This document shows, one piece after another, positions 18,397 to 27,096 of a stretch of DNA of 64,000 nucleotides (the stretch's first letter is position 1; each line of letters opens with the position of its first letter). The DNA lies in contig JBDHAC010000010.1 in the NCBI GenBank assembly GCA_039588275.1, positions 40,804 to 104,803 of the forward strand, written 5' to 3'. Position numbers and translations under genes: made by a program. The DNA comes from Gemmatimonadota bacterium. Its GTDB lineage: Bacteria > Gemmatimonadota > Gemmatimonadetes > Palauibacterales > Palauibacteraceae. The notes under the pieces were generated by a model. It had not been told where the DNA came from. It was given only the letters and a program-made list of their open reading frames with translations, and searched no databases.

Positions 18397-19578
18397 ATGA
18401 GAGTGCTTCTCCTGGGCGTCGGTATGCAGGGCAAGGCCGCGCTGCACGACCTGGTCAACAGTGAGTCGGTGCGCGAGGTGGTGGCCGCCGACCGCGACGT
18501 TGGCGGTCTCGAGACGTACGTCGCGGAGCGAGGCTACGGCGGGGTGGTCCGCTGCGAGCCGTTTGATGCGACCGACGAGGCGGCTGTCGATCGCCTGATG
18601 GAATCGGCGCCCGACGTGGCGATCGACCTCCTCCCCACTCCCCTCATGTCTGTCGTAGCGGCGTCCGCCGTCCGACACGGTATTCACCTGGTCAACACGA
18701 ATTACCTCACGCCGGAGATCCACGCGCTGCACGAGCCGGCGCTCGAGAACGACGTGACGCTTCTCCCGGAGTGCGGCATGGATCCAGGGCTGGATCTCGT
18801 CATGCTCGGGCACGCGGTTCGTTCTCTCGACCAGGTGACGGGGCTCCGAAGCTACGGGGCAGGGATCCCGGCCCGCGAAGCCGCCACGAACCCCCTCCGG
18901 TACAAGGTGAGCTGGACGCTCGAGGGCGTGCTGCGTGCCTACCGGCGGCCCGCGCATCTCATCCGGGATGGAGCTCGGGTGTCGATCGGTGGAGACGAGA
19001 TCTTCCACGCCGAGAACGTGCATGAGATCGAGATCGAGGGATTGGGCCTGCTCGAGGCATATCCCAACGGTGACGCGCTTCAGTACCTCGATCCGCTCGG
19101 GCTCGACCGATCGCAGCTGGAGGACGTCGGACGCTTCACGATGCGGTGGCCTGGGCATTGCGCGTTCTGGCGTGCGCTCGTCGACCTGCATCTGTTGGAT
19201 GAGGCACCCGTGGTCGTGGGAGGCATGCCCGTGGATCGGCTGGAGTACCTGACAGCCGCTCTCGAGCCTCGACTCCGGTACGCACCGGATGAGCGCGATG
19301 TGGCCGTGCTCCGCGTCGAGGTCGAGGGGCTGCGGGCCGGCCTTCGAACGCTCGCGGTGTCGCAGGTGGTGGATGCGCGCGACCTCGAGACCGGGCTGAC
19401 GGCGGTCAGTCGGCTGACCGGATTCACGGCCAGCGTCGGCGCTCAGATGATCGGCGGCGGTCTCATCACCCAGCGCGGATTACTGTCGCCTCTCACCGAC
19501 CTACCGATGCGGCTCGTGTCGGAGGCGCTCGCCAAGCGGGGCATCCACGTCTCCTTCGAGCTGGGCGCGCTCGGCTGA
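18397..19578 (+). CDS. Saccharopine dehydrogenase / lysine 6-dehydrogenase family oxidoreductase
   Basis: Rossmann GVGMQG, ECGMDPG, NPLRYKVSW, TMRWPGH, TAVSRLTG. Confidence 0.88.
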   Translation: MRVLLLGVGMQGKAALHDLVNSESVREVVAADRDVGGLETYVAERGYGGVVRCEPFDATDEAAVDRLMESAPDVAIDLLPTPLMSVVAASAVRHGIHLVNTNYLTPEIHALHEPALENDVTLLPECGMDPGLDLVMLGHAVRSLDQVTGLRSYGAGIPAREAATNPLRYKVSWTLEGVLRAYRRPAHLIRDGARVSIGGDEIFHAENVHEIEIEGLGLLEAYPNGDALQYLDPLGLDRSQLEDVGRFTMRWPGHCAFWRALVDLHLLDEAPVVVGGMPVDRLEYLTAALEPRLRYAPDERDVAVLRVEVEGLRAGLRTLAVSQVVDARDLETGLTAVSRLTGFTASVGAQMIGGGLITQRGLLSPLTDLPMRLVSEALAKRGIHVSFELGALG

Positions 19579-19620
19579 CGTCGAGCTGCGAAGGCCGGCC
19601 GCTCACCGCAGCCCCCGGCA

Positions 19621-21984
19621 TCAGACAGCAAGCGGCCAGATGATCGGTAGGACGAATAGAACCACCAGGAGGAGGACGATCACCTGCGGGATTCCCACCT
19701 TCGCGTAGTCGGCGACGCGGTATCCACCCACACCCATGACCAACAGGTTCACAGGGTGCCCAAACGGACTCATGAACGCTGCCGACGCCCCCACCGCCAC
19801 GACCATCATCAACGCATAGGGCGACACGCCTACCTCTGCGGCGGTGTTGAGCGCGATGGGCGACATGAGGACCGCTACCGCCGCCGTGGGAATGAACTGC
19901 GCGGCCAGAGCGGTTACCATGAACAGTCCACCCAGGAGCGCCATCGGTCCGAGCTCCGCCGCGCGTCCGAGAACGCTGCGGGCAATGAGGGTCGCGGTCC
20001 CCGACTCCTGCATCGCTACCCCGAGCGCCAGCATCCCGCCGATCAGAAGGATGACCTTCCACTGAACGGCCTCGTAGGCCTCATCCGCGGTCATGCAACC
20101 CGTGAATACCATCATCAGCGCCCCCGCGGGCGCTGCGATGAAGATCGGTAGCAGCCCCGTGGACGCCGACAGCACGACGGCCGCCATGATCGAGAGCGCC
20201 AGGGGTGCCCTCGGTGCGCGGAATATCTCGCGCATCTCCTCGGTGAGCACGAGGAATCCGGGATCTCGCGCCAAGAGTCGCAGCCTGGCCCGCTCGCCGT
20301 ACACGAGGAGCGCATCCCCGAAGCGCAGCGGCATCGATCGCACCTCGACGCTCGAGTGGTACGAGCGCCCACCTCGCCAGATGGCGAGCACGCTCAACCC
20401 GTATTTCTCCCGGAAGAAGAGTTCCTTGAGGGACCTGCCGGCGAGCGTGGCACGCGGAGCCAAGGTCAGCTCGGCAAACCCGACTTTCTCCGACTCCAAC
20501 TCACCGATGCCTGGCGCCGTCGGGCGGAGCTCGAGGTCGACCAGCGAGTCCAAGACGAGGAAGTTGTCCCTCCGCCCCTCTACCACGAGCACGTCCCCGG
20601 CCTTCAGCCGCGTCCCGGGGCTAGGGAGCACGATGCCCTTCCCGTCTCGTTGGATCTCCAACACCGCGAGATCGAACGCCCGTCGCAGGCGGGTTTCCTC
20701 GAGCGTGTGTCCCTCGAGACGCGAGCCGGATGGGACCTCGAGGCGCAGCAGCCAGCGGCTGAGCTGGTACCGCCGGGTCGCCTCATTCGCCGTGAGTCGT
20801 TGGATGTGGCAGAACTCCGACGCATAACGAAGCTGCTGAAGCTTGTCGCGCGTCCCGAGGACCACGAGCACGTCCCCCGCCTTGAGCTTGGTCTCGTGGA
20901 TGCGGGCTCGCCGGACTGCACCTTCGCGCGCGATGGCCACCACATGCGCACGGTACCGATTGCGGAAGTCGATCTCGCCGAGCGTCTGTCCCGCGATCGG
21001 CGAGTCGCCCGCGACTTCCATCTCGGCCAGATCTACCGGACCGGAAACGAGCTGTCCCGTAGACGGAGGCTCGCCACCGGGCTCGATGAAATGCCCCCAA
21101 CCGCGCAGCGTCTCGAACGCCTCCGGTTGCCCGGCCGCCACCACACGGTCTCCCCCACGCAGCTTGAAGTTGGGTCGCGGGGCCAGGATCATTCGCCCTT
21201 CGCGGCGCACGGCCAGGACGCCGAGCCCGAGCGCGAGTCCGAGGCGGCAGTCTACGAGCGATCGACCCGCGAGCCCTGAATCCTGAGGCACGGAGATCGT
21301 GAACAGCATCTCTTCTATCTCGTATTGGCCTCGCAAGTCGACGTCGGCGGACTCCCCCGAGCCCTCCGCATATCGGCGTGGGAGCAGGCGCCCACCGAAC
21401 AGGACCATACACAGTGTGCCCGCCAACAGGACGGTGAGCCCCAGCGGGGTAAAGTCGAACATCTCGAACGGCTCGAGGCCCGCCTCGAACAGGGCTCCGG
21501 CGATCAGGATGTTGGGGGCCGTCCCGATGAGCGTGGTCATGCCTCCGAGCAGCGTGGCGAAGGCGAGCGGGATCAGCAGCCGCGATGGCGGTTGCCCGAT
21601 CCGGCGTGCGATGTCGAGTACTACCGGCAGTAGAAGCGCCCCCACCGCGATGTTGTTCATGATCCCCGACAGGAGACCCGCGGTCATCATCAGGACGAAC
21701 GTGATCCGGACGGCTGACGCGCCCGCGAGGCGGAGCACCTGGCGCCCGAGCAGGTTCGCGACCCCGGTGCGGTACAGGCCCCCGCTCAGCACAAGGACGC
21801 CCGCGATCGTGACCACAGCGGGGTCCCCGAAGCCCTGGATGGCCTCGGTCGCCGGGATCGTGCCCGTTACCGCGAGGGTCACGAGGATGAGCAGGGCGAT
21901 CATGTCGTACCGCACCCACTCGGTGACGAACAACACGACCGCCACCGCGACGATCGCCAGAACGAGGACCACGTCCGCCGTCAT
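19621..21984 (-). CDS. SLC13/DASS-family permease with four TrkA-C (RCK-C) domains
   Basis: SGIMNN, LGGMTTLIGTAPN, SPFGHPVN..VMG.GGY; four S.LAG.(S/T)L-type RCK-C repeats. Confidence 0.9.
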   Translation of the reverse strand: MTADVVLVLAIVAVAVVLFVTEWVRYDMIALLILVTLAVTGTIPATEAIQGFGDPAVVTIAGVLVLSGGLYRTGVANLLGRQVLRLAGASAVRITFVLMMTAGLLSGIMNNIAVGALLLPVVLDIARRIGQPPSRLLIPLAFATLLGGMTTLIGTAPNILIAGALFEAGLEPFEMFDFTPLGLTVLLAGTLCMVLFGGRLLPRRYAEGSGESADVDLRGQYEIEEMLFTISVPQDSGLAGRSLVDCRLGLALGLGVLAVRREGRMILAPRPNFKLRGGDRVVAAGQPEAFETLRGWGHFIEPGGEPPSTGQLVSGPVDLAEMEVAGDSPIAGQTLGEIDFRNRYRAHVVAIAREGAVRRARIHETKLKAGDVLVVLGTRDKLQQLRYASEFCHIQRLTANEATRRYQLSRWLLRLEVPSGSRLEGHTLEETRLRRAFDLAVLEIQRDGKGIVLPSPGTRLKAGDVLVVEGRRDNFLVLDSLVDLELRPTAPGIGELESEKVGFAELTLAPRATLAGRSLKELFFREKYGLSVLAIWRGGRSYHSSVEVRSMPLRFGDALLVYGERARLRLLARDPGFLVLTEEMREIFRAPRAPLALSIMAAVVLSASTGLLPIFIAAPAGALMMVFTGCMTADEAYEAVQWKVILLIGGMLALGVAMQESGTATLIARSVLGRAAELGPMALLGGLFMVTALAAQFIPTAAVAVLMSPIALNTAAEVGVSPYALMMVVAVGASAAFMSPFGHPVNLLVMGVGGYRVADYAKVGIPQVIVLLLVVLFVLPIIWPLAV

Positions 21985-22047
21985 GGGCTGAAGAGCGGTC
22001 CCGCGTGGAGGTTGCGTACCACCGGCAGTCCGCCTAAACCGGCCCGG

Positions 22048-23976
22048 TCAGCGCTCGACCTCGAACGCGAGCAATACGTTGCCGGAGATCTGCCCGAAGA
22101 GCCCATATCCGGAGTTCACGAGCAGCATGCCGCGCGATACCACAGGACCCGGGCCGTCGAGCGCACCTCCCCGCCCCGGAATCCCGTTGGCGGTCTCGAA
22201 CTCGCGCACGGTGTCGAAGTCCCACAGCACGGACCCGTCCTCGGTCGAATACGCCCGCAGGTGACCGTCCAGGCTCCCCGAGAGGACCGCACCGGGGATC
22301 GCCGTGGGCGCGGCTGAGAGGGCCGGGACGCAACCCTCCCTGTTGGCACACGCCGATGGATCCGCGGGGGCGCTCCACAGCACCTCGCCACTCCCGAGAT
22401 CCAGGGCGTAGAGACCCGGGGAGGCCGGGAAGTCCGGCTCGATCCCCATCATTCCGGCAGGCGTGTCCGAGTTCGGCGCGTAGACGCGCTCTCCGTCACT
22501 CGCGAGCCCCCAGTGCACGCCGCCGAGGGCGCTCCCCTTCCCGACCTTCGTGGCCCACAAGACCTCACCGTCCGTGTCCGGGTCCAGGGCCCACACGACA
22601 CCCGACTTCTGGCCGGCCACGAGGATCTCTTTCCCGCCCGGCTCGGTCACGAGGACGGGGGCCATGCCAAAATCCACATCCGGACCGATGGGATCGGGAC
22701 AATTCTCATCCTGCGGCGAGCCGCACGACAGATTCCACGAATCGTCGCTCGTCCCCTGGTACGACCACGCGAGCTCCCCGGTGAGCAGATCGAGGGCGAG
22801 GATCGCATCGCTGTACTCGGTCGATGGACGGGTGTAGTTCTCGCCCGTCCCCACGTACAGCAGGCCGCGCTGCACGTCCACCGTGGGGCTGGACCAGACC
22901 GGCGCCCCCGATGGCGCGAACGTCCTGGCTCCGGCGGCGTTCGTCCCCACCTCGCGCGGCTCCTCGCGGATCGCGCGGTGGCGCCAGACCTCGACCCCAC
23001 TCGCCACTTCGAGCGCGATCACCTCGCCCGATGACGTGCAGCACTCGTATTCGGGGTTCCCGGCCGTCGCGACCTCCATCGAGGAGACCGGCACGTATAC
23101 GCGGCCGTCATGGAGCGCGACGGTCCCTGTGTTGCTGGCCTCCGGGTGCGAGCCCACGCGAGTCGTCCACAGGAGCTCGCCGGTGGCGGCGTCCAGGGCG
23201 TATACGTCCGTGCGAAAGTCGGCGAAGAACGCGGACTGCCGCCGATCAGGTCCCTCGCCGATGACGATCCCCCCCCGGACCGCGGCACCGGCCGCGAACA
23301 CCCAATGGGCGCAGCCGGTCTCGAGGTCTAGCGAATAAACCTCTCCGAACTGGCTGCCGACCAGAATCCGATCACCGACTACCGCGGGCTTCGAGCGCAC
23401 CTGCACGGCATCCGGGAACCCGAACGCCCACTTGAGCCTCAGCTGCGGCAAATCCTCGACCGTGAGGCCCGCCTGGCCGGTCGTTCGGAATCCCGTGGCC
23501 TCCGGATTCCCTCCCCAGCCCGACCAATGGACCGCCTCGGCTCCCGTCACCTCGTCCGAGGACGCGCAGTATGCAGCGTCCGGGAGCGGTGTCTCGACGA
23601 GCATACGACCGGTGAGCCATTGCGCCACGGCCACGCGCTCCTCATCCGAAAGCTCGTCACCATGGACCTGCATCCGCCCTTCCTCGAGCGCGTCCACGAT
23701 GGCGCGCGGCGACATGCCGGAGAGCGCCGTATAACCCGGGGCGCGAGCCGGGCCGGCGCCGGCGTGGCACTGGCCGCAGACCGTTCCGAACACCTGCCCG
23801 CCCAACCCGGGAGCGGGGGTCGCACCCAACGAGATCCCGGGGGCTTCTGAGCTCACGGACAGTGCCTCCTCCGGGGCTTCTGGCGCGTCCGCCTCCGGTG
23901 GCGGGGCGCCCTCACCGCAGGCCGCCAGAGTGATCAACGCAAACGCTGACAGCAGGGATGGGACACGTCGGTTCAT
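22048..23976 (-). CDS. PQQ beta-propeller dehydrogenase with N-terminal cytochrome c (polyvinyl-alcohol dehydrogenase-like), lipoprotein
   Basis: Lipobox LAAC; CGQCH heme motif; LKWAFGFP, YECCT, GAPVWSSP, TGENY, DFG, GQKSG, GGVHWG; repeated ALD..TG..LW blades. Confidence 0.88.
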   Translation of the reverse strand: MNRRVPSLLSAFALITLAACGEGAPPPEADAPEAPEEALSVSSEAPGISLGATPAPGLGGQVFGTVCGQCHAGAGPARAPGYTALSGMSPRAIVDALEEGRMQVHGDELSDEERVAVAQWLTGRMLVETPLPDAAYCASSDEVTGAEAVHWSGWGGNPEATGFRTTGQAGLTVEDLPQLRLKWAFGFPDAVQVRSKPAVVGDRILVGSQFGEVYSLDLETGCAHWVFAAGAAVRGGIVIGEGPDRRQSAFFADFRTDVYALDAATGELLWTTRVGSHPEASNTGTVALHDGRVYVPVSSMEVATAGNPEYECCTSSGEVIALEVASGVEVWRHRAIREEPREVGTNAAGARTFAPSGAPVWSSPTVDVQRGLLYVGTGENYTRPSTEYSDAILALDLLTGELAWSYQGTSDDSWNLSCGSPQDENCPDPIGPDVDFGMAPVLVTEPGGKEILVAGQKSGVVWALDPDTDGEVLWATKVGKGSALGGVHWGLASDGERVYAPNSDTPAGMMGIEPDFPASPGLYALDLGSGEVLWSAPADPSACANREGCVPALSAAPTAIPGAVLSGSLDGHLRAYSTEDGSVLWDFDTVREFETANGIPGRGGALDGPGPVVSRGMLLVNSGYGLFGQISGNVLLAFEVER

Positions 23977-24332
23977 CGTCGCTTCTCCTGATCTTCTCGG
24001 TCAAACCGCCCTCGCGCGGGAGCATCGCAGACTCGCGCCTCTACCGTATCCCCCCGCACGCCACCCGCGCTACCCGCGCCCGGACCGCGTGACTGCCGGG
24101 GCGGCACGGTCTGCGCGACCCTCCTCGTTTGTCCTCCGACGCCGCACCATTCTAGATTACCGTCCCACAGGCGGGATCGTGCGACCCGCCTCGAGGGACC
24201 GCGGCGCGCTGTGAGGTCGGGGCGCGCCCCCCCTGGGTTGACCGGACTCCACATTCCGGCTCGGTGCCGCGTCCCATTCATCATCCATCGTCATTCGGCG
24301 TTACTCCGTCGAACCGGAAAAAGGAGACCTCC

Positions 24333-25091
24333 ATGAGACGCTTCGCACCCATGGCCGCCCTCTTCGGAGCCGCGTTGGCGATCGGCTTCGCGCCGATCGC
24401 AGCGCAGGAAGAGGAGGCCGACCCCTACGTCCGCGAGAGCTACTGGCAGATCGGCTTCGCGGATCTCGAGGGCTGGATCGACGCCTATACGGACTACGTC
24501 GTTCCGGCGCTCGCCAGCATGCAGGAAGAGGGACTGATCAACGGGTTCACTGCCGGCCAACACAACACCGGTGGAAAGTACAATTTCCGCTTCGTGATGA
24601 TCGTGCCCGATTGGGGCTCGATCGATACCGCCCTGGAGGCGCTGAACAGCAAGATGGCAGAGGCCGGGACTCCCGACTTCAGCGGCATGATCCAGGCGCA
24701 CGAGGATCACATCTGGCGCCTCACCGACCTCTATCAGAGGGAGGGCGCGGACCCCAACCAGCACCTCTACATCGCCAAGTTCAACGTCCGCCCCTCCGAA
24801 TTGGAGATGTGGAACACATACTACGACGAGGTGTGGAGACCCGCGCTGATGGGCGCGACCGAAGCCGGCACCATGAACGGGTTCGCGGTCGAGCAGCACG
24901 AGCACGGCGGGGCCATGAACTGGCAGCTCCTGCTCCTCATGCCCGATTGGGATTCGATCGACGATGCGTGGGCCGCCCAGTTCGCCGCGTTCGAGGCCTC
25001 GGGAGAGCGGTTCACGGCGCTCGCGCGGGCGTTCACCGCGCACGAAGACGACATCTGGGATACGATCTCGGTCGAGACCGGAAGCAACTAG
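24333..25091 (+). CDS. Exported hypothetical protein with two tandem homologous alpha/beta domains (NIPSNAP/dimeric barrel-like)
   Basis: AAGGAG RBS; signal peptide; internal repeat QH..GG..N......PDW.SID...HED.IW present twice. Confidence 0.8.
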   Translation: MRRFAPMAALFGAALAIGFAPIAAQEEEADPYVRESYWQIGFADLEGWIDAYTDYVVPALASMQEEGLINGFTAGQHNTGGKYNFRFVMIVPDWGSIDTALEALNSKMAEAGTPDFSGMIQAHEDHIWRLTDLYQREGADPNQHLYIAKFNVRPSELEMWNTYYDEVWRPALMGATEAGTMNGFAVEQHEHGGAMNWQLLLLMPDWDSIDDAWAAQFAAFEASGERFTALARAFTAHEDDIWDTISVETGSN

Positions 25092-25104
25092 TCGCCCTGG
25101 CGAG

Positions 25105-26538
25105 TTATCGAGCCGCTGTGCCGGAGGGCGGCTCGAACCTCGCTGGCTTCAGCCCGGCTCGTCTTGCGCCTTCGGCGCGCGCGCGCCGGATGGCCCGCAG
25201 GTAGGGGTGGTAATCCACCTCCATCGTGTGTCGGCTGGACTCGACGAAGCGGCTTCGCAGACAGCGCTCGGATCCGTCGATCGCGGCACGCATCTGGTCA
25301 GGCGAAGGCGGTCGCGCGATCACCTGCACGAGGTCCGCGACCCACTCCGCTTGCGCCTCGGCGAGGGGCGGAATCGCTCCAAGCGGTTGGATGAGTCCGA
25401 GGAAATAGACCCCGCCGCGCTCGGGCGGGACGACGTGCAGGTAGAGCGGGAGCCGATTGTCGGTCGCGACGCCGCCCGCCTCGAGGGCCGGCAGGAAGCC
25501 TTCGTCCAGGAACGGGAACGAAACGCGGTAGCCCGTGGCGTAGATCACGACACCGACCGTCTCCTGCGTGCCGTCGACGAAATGAACCTCGTCACCGGCC
25601 AACCGTTCGACATTCGGTTTCACCACGATCCGGCCCTCTCCGGCAAGCCGCGTCAGATCCTGCGAGATCGTGGGATGCTCCTGCCCGAGACGGTGGCGCG
25701 GGCGCGGGACGCCGAGTCGCGCCTGGTCGCCATATGCGAGCCGCACCAATGCTCCGATGAGGGCCGTCTGCGCGCGGATCGGGAGACGCGAGGTGAGGGG
25801 CGTAATCCAGTGGTCCAGCGGGCGACCGAAGAGGTACTTGGGTAACACGTGCGCGCCGCGCCGCGTGGACAGGACGGTTCGTGCGGCAACCCCGGCCGCC
25901 TCGCACGCGATGTCGCACGCCGAGTTGCCGATCCCGACGACCAGCACACGACGACCTTCCAGGCGCACCGGGCGCTCGGGGCTCCGGTAAGCGTGCGAGT
26001 GCATCTCCAGGCCGTTGAAATGTCCCGGCCGGCCGGCCGACTTCTCGCCGCGGCTTCCCGGGAACCACGGCCAACTCGGGTCCCAGTGGTGCCCGCTCGC
26101 GATGAGGACGGCCCCGTATCGGCGAACCTCCGTCTCTCCCGTCCGGAGCGAGCGCACGGCCACGTCGTACGGTCCCTCTCGATCGTCTTCTTCACCCACC
26201 GGTGAGACCCGCACCACCTGGGTGCGAAACGTGATGGAATCCGCGAGACCGAAGTGGTCGGTGAAGGCGTCGAAGTAGTCGGCGAGCTCGGAGTTGTGAG
26301 GATAGGGGGAGTCGCCCTCGGGCATCGGAAAGCAGGCGTACCCGGTGCGATCGCGTGATGTGTTGGTCTGGAGCGACGCGTACGCCGGCGAGCGGCCGGT
26401 GTCATTCTCGTATCGCCACAACCCGCCGACCTGGGAGCCCAGCTCGAAGCAATCGAACGGCACGCCGCGCTCCCGGAGGACCTTGGCCGCTACGACGCCG
26501 GAGGAGCCGGCACCGATGATACACACGCGATCGGTCAT
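25105..26538 (-). CDS. Flavin-containing monooxygenase (FMO, class B)
   Basis: GAGSSG, GGLW, FMO fingerprint FNGLEMHSHAY (FxGxxxHxxxY), GIGNSA, YATGY. Confidence 0.93.
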   Translation of the reverse strand: MTDRVCIIGAGSSGVVAAKVLRERGVPFDCFELGSQVGGLWRYENDTGRSPAYASLQTNTSRDRTGYACFPMPEGDSPYPHNSELADYFDAFTDHFGLADSITFRTQVVRVSPVGEEDDREGPYDVAVRSLRTGETEVRRYGAVLIASGHHWDPSWPWFPGSRGEKSAGRPGHFNGLEMHSHAYRSPERPVRLEGRRVLVVGIGNSACDIACEAAGVAARTVLSTRRGAHVLPKYLFGRPLDHWITPLTSRLPIRAQTALIGALVRLAYGDQARLGVPRPRHRLGQEHPTISQDLTRLAGEGRIVVKPNVERLAGDEVHFVDGTQETVGVVIYATGYRVSFPFLDEGFLPALEAGGVATDNRLPLYLHVVPPERGGVYFLGLIQPLGAIPPLAEAQAEWVADLVQVIARPPSPDQMRAAIDGSERCLRSRFVESSRHTMEVDYHPYLRAIRRARAEGARRAGLKPARFEPPSGTAAR

Positions 26539-26678
26539 GGCGCGGGTATTCTTGCCGATGTGACTCGCGGGCGCCATGTGCGGCCCGTCCGACGGACGGG
26601 GCCCGGATGGCCGCGGAGCGGGAGGGTCGGGCCGAACCGCAGGTCTACGGGCAGCCGGGAGGGACCGCCCGTCTGGGC

Positions 26679-27092
26679 TCAGGAGCCGATCTGGGCGGTG
26701 AAGCTGCTCGCGCTCAGAAGCCGGTTCATGTCATCGGCCACTTCGACCACCTGAGCGGTATACGTCGACGCTTGCCTTACGTCCGGGACCTGGATCCGAG
26801 CAACCGGACCCGACGCGACGGCGCCGATCAGTATCAATCGCAGCCCGGGACCGGTCGCGATGTGAAAGAGAAGGTGGCTGTCGTTGACGGCGGTCGGGCT
26901 CGAAGCCTGTCCCACGATCTCGATCAGGAACGCGTGCCCCTGCCCGCCCGATGCCTGGATGGAGAGCGTCAGCGTACCTGGCTGCGGCGTGTCCGGCTCC
27001 ACGATGGCGGTCGGCTTGCAGCCCGCCAGCAGTATCACCAGGCCGAGGGCCGCCGGACGACCCAATCCGAGACACACCGATCTGATGCTCAA
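26679..27092 (-). CDS. Small all-beta lipoprotein (putative cohesin-like partner)
   Basis: GGAGGG RBS before TTG 27092, 4 bp after the upstream stop; lipobox LLAGC; Pro-rich linker then alternating beta strands. Confidence 0.75.
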   Translation of the reverse strand: MSIRSVCLGLGRPAALGLVILLAGCKPTAIVEPDTPQPGTLTLSIQASGGQGHAFLIEIVGQASSPTAVNDSHLLFHIATGPGLRLILIGAVASGPVARIQVPDVRQASTYTAQVVEVADDMNRLLSASSFTAQIGS

Positions 27093-27096
27093 CTCA

